Below are positions 8,259 through 16,771 of a DNA stretch of 64,000 bases, piece by piece (position 1 is the first letter of the stretch; every line of letters begins with the position of its first letter). The notes below the pieces were generated by a model that saw only the letters and a list, made by a program, of their open reading frames with translations, ran no database searches and was not told where the DNA came from. A program made the position numbers and the translations under genes. Origin of the DNA: an uncultured Myxococcales bacterium (GTDB lineage: Bacteria > Myxococcota > UBA727 > JABDBI01). The stretch lies in NCBI GenBank assembly GCA_964493205.1, contig CAZBMJ010000001.1:73611-137610 (forward strand), given 5' to 3'.

Positions 8259-9194
8259 ATGCAAGATCAAAAAATATTTCATAAAGATTTAACCCTTACA
8301 AATTCTTTATTTTTTATGGATAATTTGGCATTAAGAGTTAAGAAAATTTTACTTTCTAGACTATTAGATTCTGAAATAGAATTAAAAAACCAAATAGAAT
8401 TTATGTTTAACAAAAAAATTGGCAATAGAAGTTTGTTATTGCATTCAGATATATTTTTTTGGATTAAAAGCCAAGAAAAAACTCCTCTAGAAAATATCTT
8501 AAAAAGTGTTTTAGATAGCTTTAAAACTATGCAAAATAACAAAAATAATTTTGGTTTTTTTATAAGCATTAATTATTTAAATAAAATTTTTACGAGTAAT
8601 CGTCTAGCACGAGCTCAAAGAGCAGCTTCTGAGGCAGGAACTGGAGAAATTTCTTTTAGTATTGTTGATGCTGATCTAGATTTATTCAATGAATCAATAA
8701 GGCTTTTATGTGATTATTATCCTTCTATTATGCAAGAGACAGAAAATTTTGTAAGCAATATTTGTTTTTTTGAAGGTAAGACTATTATAGGCTTTACTGA
8801 TTTTCAAAATCATGGCTCTATTTTTATGAAGTATCGATTAGTAAAAGATAATCCAATACGCCTAGCTGAAGAAATTGTTCATGAAGCAGGACATACAGTG
8901 CTTAATACTATTATGGTCAAAGATAGATTGATTTTAAATACTAAAGACGAGCGCTATAGTAGCCCGTTAAGGCAAGACTTAAGGCCGATGTTTGGCTTAT
9001 TTCATCAGTTATATGTTTTATCTAGGCTTAAAAAATTTTATATGGCCATCAGTAAAGCCCATAGCTCAGTAGCACAAAAGCAGTTACAAAAAATATGTGC
9101 GCAGCAAGATTTAGCTTTTGATATTGTTTCAAAAAATGCAAAATTTACCCCATTTGGTAAACAATTTTTTAATGAGCTTGAGTGTAATGCATGA
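8259..9194 (+). CDS. HExxH-motif protein (putative metal-dependent peptide-modifying enzyme or peptidase)
   Basis: IVHEAGHTVLNT HExxH motif. 4-nt ATGA overlap with the downstream E1-like gene indicates translational coupling. Confidence 0.4.
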   Translation: MQDQKIFHKDLTLTNSLFFMDNLALRVKKILLSRLLDSEIELKNQIEFMFNKKIGNRSLLLHSDIFFWIKSQEKTPLENILKSVLDSFKTMQNNKNNFGFFISINYLNKIFTSNRLARAQRAASEAGTGEISFSIVDADLDLFNESIRLLCDYYPSIMQETENFVSNICFFEGKTIIGFTDFQNHGSIFMKYRLVKDNPIRLAEEIVHEAGHTVLNTIMVKDRLILNTKDERYSSPLRQDLRPMFGLFHQLYVLSRLKKFYMAISKAHSSVAQKQLQKICAQQDLAFDIVSKNAKFTPFGKQFFNELECNA

Positions 9195-10219
9195 GCTTAT
9201 TAGTCTTAGCACCAAAAGTACAAATAGTGCCTCTTGATGAAAACAAAATAATATTATTTAAAAAGCATGCAAAATCTGCAAAACTAAGTATCGAACCATA
9301 TAAACATGAAATTTTTGCTAATCTTTTAGTAAGTGGTTTTAAAAAAGAAGATCTAAGTTTTTTACTGGAAAAGCCTCAAAATATTATTGATAATTTAATT
9401 CAAAAATTGCTTGAACATAAAATTTTATCTTTTAAGTCAGAAAACCATGTTTTGGCAAAATATAGAAGGCTAGAAGCTTATTTAGAAAATTCTCAATTAG
9501 AAAGCTTACAAAACAGTTCTGTTTTATTATTAGGAGTAGGCGGTCTTGGTAGTTATATTTTTGAACATTTAGTTGCCAATGGAATTAAAAATATTACTGT
9601 TCTTGATGATGATAGCGTTGAAGAAAGTAATTTATCCAGACAGACTTTGTATTCTGATGAAGATGTAGGAAACCTCAAAGTTGAGGCGGCAGCTGTATAT
9701 GCTCATAAGCATGGTATAAATATCCGCGCTTTAGCATGCAGAATTAACACTACTGATGATATACTAAAGATTATTAAAGATAATAAATTTGATTTGATCA
9801 TATCCACCATAGATGAGCCCATATGGCAAGTTACGAGATATGTTATTAACGCTGCAAAAGCAACAAATATACCAGTATTACGAGCTAATAGTAGGGCTGT
9901 GGGGCCATTTTATTTTCCTCATAAATCAGCGTGTCCTTTGTGTAAATCTTTTTATAAGGCGAAAAATATACCAAATGCTAAAAGTATTATGGAGCGTTAT
10001 AATAATGGTTTTCCAGCTCGTAAAACCTGCGCTATTAGCTATGAACTTGCCTATGTTAGTTTAATCGTCATAAAAGAGGCTATTAATTTTTTAGCCAATG
10101 TGGGTCAACTTGCCAGTTTCAATAAAGAGCTTACCTGGAATGCACAAGAACTAAGTGTTGCATCTCACAAAGTTATTGCTTGTAGTAATTGCATCGCTTG
10201 CGGTGATGTTTATGAGTGA
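9191..10219 (+). CDS. E1/ThiF/MoeB-like adenylyltransferase-family protein with a ~100-aa N-terminal extension and C-terminal CxxC...CxxCxxC cysteines (MccB/PaaA-like architecture)
   Basis: Rossmann motif LLLGVGGLGS, ThiF signature DDDSVEESNLSRQ, and C-terminal CPLCK...CSNCIACG. Confidence 0.6.
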   Translation: MSLLVLAPKVQIVPLDENKIILFKKHAKSAKLSIEPYKHEIFANLLVSGFKKEDLSFLLEKPQNIIDNLIQKLLEHKILSFKSENHVLAKYRRLEAYLENSQLESLQNSSVLLLGVGGLGSYIFEHLVANGIKNITVLDDDSVEESNLSRQTLYSDEDVGNLKVEAAAVYAHKHGINIRALACRINTTDDILKIIKDNKFDLIISTIDEPIWQVTRYVINAAKATNIPVLRANSRAVGPFYFPHKSACPLCKSFYKAKNIPNAKSIMERYNNGFPARKTCAISYELAYVSLIVIKEAINFLANVGQLASFNKELTWNAQELSVASHKVIACSNCIACGDVYE

Positions 10220-11354
10220 GATGTTTGGAGGCATAGGCACTGATAATGTTATTACTAAAAAATTTTTTCATGAAGAGTCAAGTTTTTATATTGCATACTT
10301 AGCAGCTAAATCACCTAAATTTTTAGGCAATTATAACATACCTGCAGGATATTTAGTGGGTAATGGTTTTTCTTTTAACGAAGAAGAAGCTAAAATAAAG
10401 GCTTTAGGCGAATTTATTGAGAGGTATTGTGCAGAAGTAAGTGTTCATGAAAAAGAAATTTATCGTTATTCTATAAAAGAGCTCGTTAAAAAATCTTTGG
10501 CTTTTGTTCACCCTAATACTCTTAGACCATACAAAAATTGTTCAAAATATCCAGAAATTCAAGATGATGAAGTTATCTCCTATGTTAAAGGTTATGAAGC
10601 ACTTGATAAAAAAGAAATTCTAATACCTGCCTTAGCTGCATTTTTGCCTTTTAAGCCTATTAATTTAGAAACAACTTTTTTTAGCCCCAGTGCTACTGGT
10701 TTGTCAGCTTATACTAATCAAGAACAAGCAGAATTATCAGCTTTATTAGAGGTTCAGGAAAGAAGCGATTTAATGGCCAGTTGGCGAATTAAAAACCTTA
10801 AAATTCAAAAATTGCTTACAAACGATTTGCCTGACCATATTACAAAATTTTTATATTATAATAATTTTAAGTTAAGGCTATTTGTAATTAATCAGACTGT
10901 TTTAGCTATGCTGTGTCATATAAACGATACTGGGTTAACTATTGGCTCTAAATCAGGAGTCATTAATATTATTACGATACTTGCTGCTATTAATGAAGCA
11001 ATTGCTTTGCAAATTACCATGCTAAATAAACGTGTGAGATTTAACGCTATCCCTAAAAATAGTTTAGAACATGTTATGTATGCTTATTTTAACTCTGAAA
11101 TATTTATAGAATTTTATGAGAAAAAAGTTGATGCACAACTAAGTTTTATTTCTGAAAATCAAATAAATAAAAATATATTTTTTGTGGATTTAAGTACTAA
11201 AAAAGCTAAAGAATCAGGTTGGTATTGCGCTAGATGCATAAATATAGAAGCTTTTAGCAAAGAAAATAATGCATATTATCCGCACTTAAAAAACTTTTTT
11301 GAACACGGATTCACTGAGGCTGAGTTAAACTTATTGCCGCATCCTTTTGGTTAA
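10206..11354 (+). CDS. YcaO-domain protein (ATP-dependent peptide backbone-modifying enzyme family)
   Basis: GNGFSFNEEEAKIKALGEFIERY matches the YcaO A-x-GE-x-IERY signature. C-terminus ends in LPHPFG (PxPxP-like). Start chosen at ATG 10206, overlapping the E1-like stop. The ORF track starts it at 10155. Confidence 0.55.
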   Translation: MFMSEMFGGIGTDNVITKKFFHEESSFYIAYLAAKSPKFLGNYNIPAGYLVGNGFSFNEEEAKIKALGEFIERYCAEVSVHEKEIYRYSIKELVKKSLAFVHPNTLRPYKNCSKYPEIQDDEVISYVKGYEALDKKEILIPALAAFLPFKPINLETTFFSPSATGLSAYTNQEQAELSALLEVQERSDLMASWRIKNLKIQKLLTNDLPDHITKFLYYNNFKLRLFVINQTVLAMLCHINDTGLTIGSKSGVINIITILAAINEAIALQITMLNKRVRFNAIPKNSLEHVMYAYFNSEIFIEFYEKKVDAQLSFISENQINKNIFFVDLSTKKAKESGWYCARCINIEAFSKENNAYYPHLKNFFEHGFTEAELNLLPHPFG

Positions 11355-11357
11355 AGA

Positions 11358-12539
11358 ATGAAAAAATCATTGATTATTTTAGGTGTTTCACAAACTATAT
11401 CTTCTATTAGTGTAACTATACTTATATTTGCCCTTATGATGAGCTCTTATGGTAATTCCAAAAGTATTTTAGATCTTGCTTGGGTTTATATAGCCACATC
11501 TTTGCCAGTTTTTTTAGTAGCACCTTTTTGTGGATTATTAATAGATAAGCTTAATAAAAAGCTTAATTTAGTAATAGCCGATAGTATTTGTATTTTATCA
11601 GTACTCTTTCTTTATTTTAATAACTATTTTATTTTCTTGGTAGTTTTTTTTGTACAATTAAGCATAAGTTATCAGGGCTTAACCAATCAAACTTTGGTGT
11701 CGCTATTTTTTAATAAAGATAAACTTCATATGATACTTGGGTGGATGCAATTTAAAAAAGCTTTGCAGCGTTTAGTAGCGCCAGCTTTAGGTGGATATTT
11801 ATATAATATGTTGGAATTAAAATATATTATAGCTGTTAGCATTATTAGTTTAATAATAGCTTTAATTAGTTTAATTTTTGTGAATATACCTAGTGTTAAT
11901 ATTGGAAAATTATCTAACAGCAATTTTATTAATAATGCCGGATTAAAATATATATTGAGCGATAAAAATTTATTTAATATATGCATTTTTTTTATATTTC
12001 TTAATTTTTTATCTGGTATTTATTCTGTTGTTTATACTCCCATATTATTAGCTTTTAGCGATGAACAAGCTTTGGGTTATGCATTAAGTATTGGCAGTTT
12101 GGGAATGATTTTTGCAAGTTTAACGAGCGCTCATATAAAAAGCCTTACACAAAAAAAATATCAAGCTCTTTTGCTATATGTTTTTATGAATGGCTTAAGT
12201 GAAATATTTATGGCTTCATACCCAAATTTTTGGGTCTATTCTGTGGGTTTGTTATTTGGTTGTATTACTTCTTCTTATATAGCTGTTTGTAATAATATTA
12301 TATGGCAGTCTAGTGTGCCGTTCTCTATTCAAGGTGCTACTTTTGGGGCAAGAGATTTTTTTGCTCTTGGTGCATTACCATTGGGTATGCTGATTGGTGG
12401 AATTTTTGGTGATTTTATTAAATCCAACTATGAGCTTTCTCATATATTAATCTTAACGGGAATTTTGCAGTTAATTTTAGTAGCTTTTTATAGCTATGCG
12501 TGGAGGTTTGAGCATGAAGGGGTATATAGTAATAGATAA
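11358..12539 (+). CDS. MFS-family transporter, putative exporter of the modified peptide
   Basis: About 12 predicted TM helices. Starts 4 nt after the YcaO stop. MFS exporters are typical of microcin C and pantocin-type clusters. Confidence 0.55.
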   Translation: MKKSLIILGVSQTISSISVTILIFALMMSSYGNSKSILDLAWVYIATSLPVFLVAPFCGLLIDKLNKKLNLVIADSICILSVLFLYFNNYFIFLVVFFVQLSISYQGLTNQTLVSLFFNKDKLHMILGWMQFKKALQRLVAPALGGYLYNMLELKYIIAVSIISLIIALISLIFVNIPSVNIGKLSNSNFINNAGLKYILSDKNLFNICIFFIFLNFLSGIYSVVYTPILLAFSDEQALGYALSIGSLGMIFASLTSAHIKSLTQKKYQALLLYVFMNGLSEIFMASYPNFWVYSVGLLFGCITSSYIAVCNNIIWQSSVPFSIQGATFGARDFFALGALPLGMLIGGIFGDFIKSNYELSHILILTGILQLILVAFYSYAWRFEHEGVYSNR

Positions 12540-13134
12540 TTTTTATGAGAATCCTGATTTAATTAGAGCTCAAGCTTTAGAAGCTGATTTTTCTAAAAAG
12601 CATCCAAAATATCCAGGTATTGATAGCTCGTTAATGTTTAATAATAGTGAAGCTGAAGAGAAAATTAAAAGTATTATAAAATATGATACTCAAAGAGCAA
12701 GCTATTCAGGATTTTTTCGATTATCTACTGCGGATGAATATTACAAAGAAGGACATGGTATTCATATTGATAAATATGATATTGCTGCGATAATTTATTT
12801 AGCTCAGCCTGGCCAAAATAAACAGGTAGGTACAAGCTTTTTAAAGCATAAAGCTTCTGGTCTTACTAATTTTTATAATATTAAAAGAGATCCTAATCTT
12901 AATCCTGATTGGCAGCGTTTGGATACTCAAGAAATTATGAAAATAATTGTTAACGATATGGAAAAAAATGATGCAACTTTATGGGATTTAGTAGAAGAAG
13001 TGGAGTTTAAATATAATCGCGCTGTTTTAATGAGAGGTAACTTATTTCATAAGTTGAGTAACGGCTTTGGGCAAAATGTAGAAAACGGTCGCTTAACTCA
13101 AAATTTCTTTTTAAATATACCAAGAACTTTATAA
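12514..13134 (+). CDS. Putative 2OG-Fe(II) oxygenase-like protein (candidate HxD...H facial triad: HIDKYD and LFHKLS)
   Basis: N-terminal VIDNFYENPD motif resembles putative 2OG-Fe(II) oxygenase families. The ORF track start at 12496 overlaps the MFS gene. The second Met at 12514 is preferred. Confidence 0.35.
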   Translation: MKGYIVIDNFYENPDLIRAQALEADFSKKHPKYPGIDSSLMFNNSEAEEKIKSIIKYDTQRASYSGFFRLSTADEYYKEGHGIHIDKYDIAAIIYLAQPGQNKQVGTSFLKHKASGLTNFYNIKRDPNLNPDWQRLDTQEIMKIIVNDMEKNDATLWDLVEEVEFKYNRAVLMRGNLFHKLSNGFGQNVENGRLTQNFFLNIPRTL

Positions 13135-13231
13135 AAAATTTTTTTGTTTTTCCCCAAAAATGTCTTGATTCTACTATGGTAATAAAATAGTTATTTAAAA
13201 ATTATTTTTATTATTTATATTTAGGATTTTT

Positions 13232-14425
13232 ATGTTAAAAATTAAATTATTATATTTATTATTGCTTTTACAGTTTTTTTCTTGCACTAATTATAATAAA
13301 CAAATCAAAAAAAATAATAATTTATTGTCCTTATGGCTCCCTTTTTCTTCTAAAAGAACAAAACAAGCTTATGAGCATTCTTTAATTAGAACTTCTAGGC
13401 TTAGTTCTGATTGCGGCAAAAATTGTCCTGATATTGATGTTTGGCAATATAAATACAAAAATATAACTAGTGATAAACCTATTTCTACTCAAAAAAAATA
13501 CTGGAAATCACCTAATGAAGCTCGAGTCATAGCTATAAGTTTATTTGGAACCAATGAGTTTTATTATAATGCTTTGCTGCAATATATAGATAGTTTTGCT
13601 TATATTAAAAATATTAATAATATAAAAGATAAAATTTGGGGTTATGAAACGTTTACTGTTAGAGTTTATGTTCCCAAACGAAATCCTAAATTTTTAAAAG
13701 AATTAGGGGTGATTGGAGGCGGCTTAGAGCAGAAAAAAATAGATAAATTATTAGATTTAGGATGCGAAATAGCATTTGTTGATAATAAATTATCTGAGGC
13801 TAAGAAAGATGCTACTTTTTGGCGATTTATGATTACTCAAGAAGCCATGTTAGAAGGCGAAAAAATTAGATATCTACTTAGAGATGCAGACAGTATTTTA
13901 ACTGCTGGTGAAATGTACACAGTTGCCGATTGGATCAATAGCCATAAAAAATATCATAGAATGCATACCATACCCATTTGTATAGGTCCTTTAACGGCAA
14001 GTATTTGGGGGGGGACTCATAGCGAAAAGGGTGATTTTAGTGATTTTTATGACTCGGTAAAAAATTACCCTTATAGATTTGAATACGGCGATGATGAATT
14101 ATTTTTAAGAGACATTATTTGGCCAAAAATAAAATTTTCTGGTTCTGTTCTTACTCATCATTTTGATCGTGATTCATATATAACTAAAATAGCCAACCCT
14201 TATAAAAATAGTTGCGAAGAGCCTACACAGGATTTTTGCTTACAACTAAATCCTAATTCTCAGTGTGAAGATCGTATTTTGCCCAACGTAAAAAATTTAC
14301 AAGGTGCCGTAGAAGCTTTAGGATTAAGAAAAACCTTAAAAGAGTTATCAGAAAAGCACCCAGAGTTTTTTGATCTAGATTTAGCCAACAAAGATAGAAA
14401 ATTTGTTTACGAAACATTTAGGTAA
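13232..14425 (+). CDS. Hypothetical lipoprotein (signal peptide, lipobox FFSC)
   Basis: N-terminal MLKIKLLYLLLLLQFFSCTN. No motif recognised. Confidence 0.5.
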   Translation: MLKIKLLYLLLLLQFFSCTNYNKQIKKNNNLLSLWLPFSSKRTKQAYEHSLIRTSRLSSDCGKNCPDIDVWQYKYKNITSDKPISTQKKYWKSPNEARVIAISLFGTNEFYYNALLQYIDSFAYIKNINNIKDKIWGYETFTVRVYVPKRNPKFLKELGVIGGGLEQKKIDKLLDLGCEIAFVDNKLSEAKKDATFWRFMITQEAMLEGEKIRYLLRDADSILTAGEMYTVADWINSHKKYHRMHTIPICIGPLTASIWGGTHSEKGDFSDFYDSVKNYPYRFEYGDDELFLRDIIWPKIKFSGSVLTHHFDRDSYITKIANPYKNSCEEPTQDFCLQLNPNSQCEDRILPNVKNLQGAVEALGLRKTLKELSEKHPEFFDLDLANKDRKFVYETFR

Positions 14426-14428
14426 AGT

Positions 14429-16669
14429 ATGATTAAATCAAGATGGTTTTACGATATATCTTCTAGCATAACAGTATTTTTAGTCGCATTGCCCTTGTGC
14501 CTAGGTATTGCTCTTGCTTCTAATGCTTCTTTAGTTTCAGGTATTTTATCAGGCGTTGTAGGAGGTATAGTTGTAGGGTTTCTAAGTGGTTCTCATGTAA
14601 GTGTCAGTGGCCCTTCTGCAGCTCTTGCTTCTATTATTGTTACACAAATTCTTGTTCTAGGATCGTTTGAAGCATTTTTAATAGCTTTAATTATTGCAGG
14701 ATTAATCCAAATAATAATGGGCTTATTTAAAATTGGTTTTATTGCAGCTTTTTTCCCAAACAGCGTCATTAAAGGCCTACTTTTTTCTGTTGGTGTAATT
14801 ATAGTATTAAAACAGTTGCCCCATTTAGTTGGTTTAGATTTAGATTATGAAGGCGACATGTCTTTTTGGCAACTTGATCATGAAAATACTTTTAGTGAAA
14901 TTGTTAAAATGTTTTCTTTTTTTCATACCGGTTGCTTAATAGTAGGTATGTCTTCTTTAGCTTTTATAGTGGCCTGGAATAAGTTTACTTTTTCTAAAAA
15001 AGTTAAAATTCCTTCTGCTTTATTGGTTGTATTATTTGGTAGTTTTTTAGGTTTTTGCTTGCCTTATATAAATAAGTGGTGGTTTATTGACGCAGGGCAC
15101 TTAGTTCAAGTGCCGTTAGTAACCAGCCTACATGATATAAAAAATTTTTTTATTTTACCAAATTTTATTCACTTGAATAACCCAGAAGTTTATATAGCAG
15201 GTTTTACTTTGGCGTTAGTTGCATCTTTGGAAACTTTATTAAATTTAGAAGCTGTTGATAAAATAGATCCAAAAGGTCGTAAGTCTCCTGCTAATAGAGA
15301 GTTAATAGCCCAGGGGATAGGAAATTTAGTTTTAGGCTTTATAGGTGGCTTGCCAGTGACTTCGGCAGTTATTCGTAGCTCTGTTAATATTAATGCTAAA
15401 GCGCAAAGTAAATTATCAGCTATTCTTCATGGTTTTTTTTTGCTATTTTGTGTGACTTTATTGCCTCAAGTATTAAATTATATTCCACTTTCTTGTTTGG
15501 CAGCTATATTGATAGTTACAGGGGCTAAACTTGCTAATTTATCGGTTATAAAACAAATATGGCAGGAAGGTTTAAACCAATTTTTACCATTTTTAGTAAC
15601 TTTTTTAGCTATTATGTTTTCTGATTTATTAATGGGTGTACTTATTGGCTTAGGAACAAGCATATTTTTTATTTTGAAAAGTAATTTAAAAACGCCTGTT
15701 AAAATCTGTACTGAAAATCACCCCTCAGGTGAGCGCAAGCGTATGATTTTATCTAATCAGGTAAGCTTTTTAAATCGTGCATCTTTAAATAGAGCTCTTG
15801 ATAGCATTACTAATGGTAGTCATTTAGTAATTGATGCAACAGAGACTGATTATATAGATGCTGATGTTCTAGATTTAATAAAAGATTTTAAAGATAGTGA
15901 ATCTCAAAAAAGAGACATAGTAATAAGTTTAATAGGTTTTAAAGATTCTTACGATATAGAAAATTTTATTCAATATGAAGAGCATATTACCCATGAACTA
16001 CAAAAAAATCTTACTCCATTAGAAGTGCTTGATATTATTAAAAAAGGGAATGATAGGGTTATTAAAGGACAAAAACTTAAGCGTGATCTTAACCGCCAAA
16101 TACAAGGAACTAAAGAAGGTCAATTTCCTATGGCAGTGGTTTTAAGTTGTATCGATTCAAGAGTGCCCGTTGAACTTATTTTTGATTTAGGCATAGGTGA
16201 TGCTTTTAGTGTTCGTATGGCGGGCAATGTGATAAGTCCTAAAGTATTAGGAAGCTTAGAATTTTCTTGTGCGGTTGCCAAAGCAAAACTTATTGTTGTC
16301 ATGGGCCATACCAAATGTGGGGCAGTTGCTGCTGCAATTGAATGCTTAAAAAATAACCAATCTATTGAGGAAAAAACAGGATGCTATAATTTAGGCGGTA
16401 TAATTAATGATATTCAAAAAGTTATTGATAAGCCTTTAATTAACCAGAGTGATGCTTACCTCAATGAAGTAGTGAAATCTAATGTTTTGCAGGCGATTCA
16501 TGATATAAAAAATAAAAGTTTTGTGCTTAATAACTTACTCAAACAAAATAATATAGCTATAGTTGGTTGTATTTATGATGTATCAAGTGGCAAAGTGGAA
16601 TTTTTAGATTTAGCAAAAAATAGATTATTTTCTTCCGCTAAACAAGAGCTATTAGAATTGCTTAATTAA
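14429..16669 (+). CDS. SulP-family anion transporter with STAS domain, fused to a C-terminal beta-carbonic anhydrase
   Basis: SulP membrane domain about 420 aa. C-terminal CIDSRVP and VMGHTKCGAV are the beta-carbonic anhydrase zinc ligand motifs (CxDSR and HxxC). Confidence 0.7.
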   Translation: MIKSRWFYDISSSITVFLVALPLCLGIALASNASLVSGILSGVVGGIVVGFLSGSHVSVSGPSAALASIIVTQILVLGSFEAFLIALIIAGLIQIIMGLFKIGFIAAFFPNSVIKGLLFSVGVIIVLKQLPHLVGLDLDYEGDMSFWQLDHENTFSEIVKMFSFFHTGCLIVGMSSLAFIVAWNKFTFSKKVKIPSALLVVLFGSFLGFCLPYINKWWFIDAGHLVQVPLVTSLHDIKNFFILPNFIHLNNPEVYIAGFTLALVASLETLLNLEAVDKIDPKGRKSPANRELIAQGIGNLVLGFIGGLPVTSAVIRSSVNINAKAQSKLSAILHGFFLLFCVTLLPQVLNYIPLSCLAAILIVTGAKLANLSVIKQIWQEGLNQFLPFLVTFLAIMFSDLLMGVLIGLGTSIFFILKSNLKTPVKICTENHPSGERKRMILSNQVSFLNRASLNRALDSITNGSHLVIDATETDYIDADVLDLIKDFKDSESQKRDIVISLIGFKDSYDIENFIQYEEHITHELQKNLTPLEVLDIIKKGNDRVIKGQKLKRDLNRQIQGTKEGQFPMAVVLSCIDSRVPVELIFDLGIGDAFSVRMAGNVISPKVLGSLEFSCAVAKAKLIVVMGHTKCGAVAAAIECLKNNQSIEEKTGCYNLGGIINDIQKVIDKPLINQSDAYLNEVVKSNVLQAIHDIKNKSFVLNNLLKQNNIAIVGCIYDVSSGKVEFLDLAKNRLFSSAKQELLELLN

Positions 16670-16771
16670 CGCTGTCAGCGCGTAATTTCATTTTATTACC
16701 CAATATGCTTTACAAAAAAATAATAATGAATATTAATATGAAATTTGTAAAATTTTAATTAAGAGAAGAAA

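Noticed and set aside
8022-8569. Minus-strand ORFs 8022..8282 and 8279..8569 across the peptide and HExxH region
   Set aside because: They are antisense to a tightly coupled + strand operon. They are AT-rich reading-frame accidents with no ribosome-binding site.
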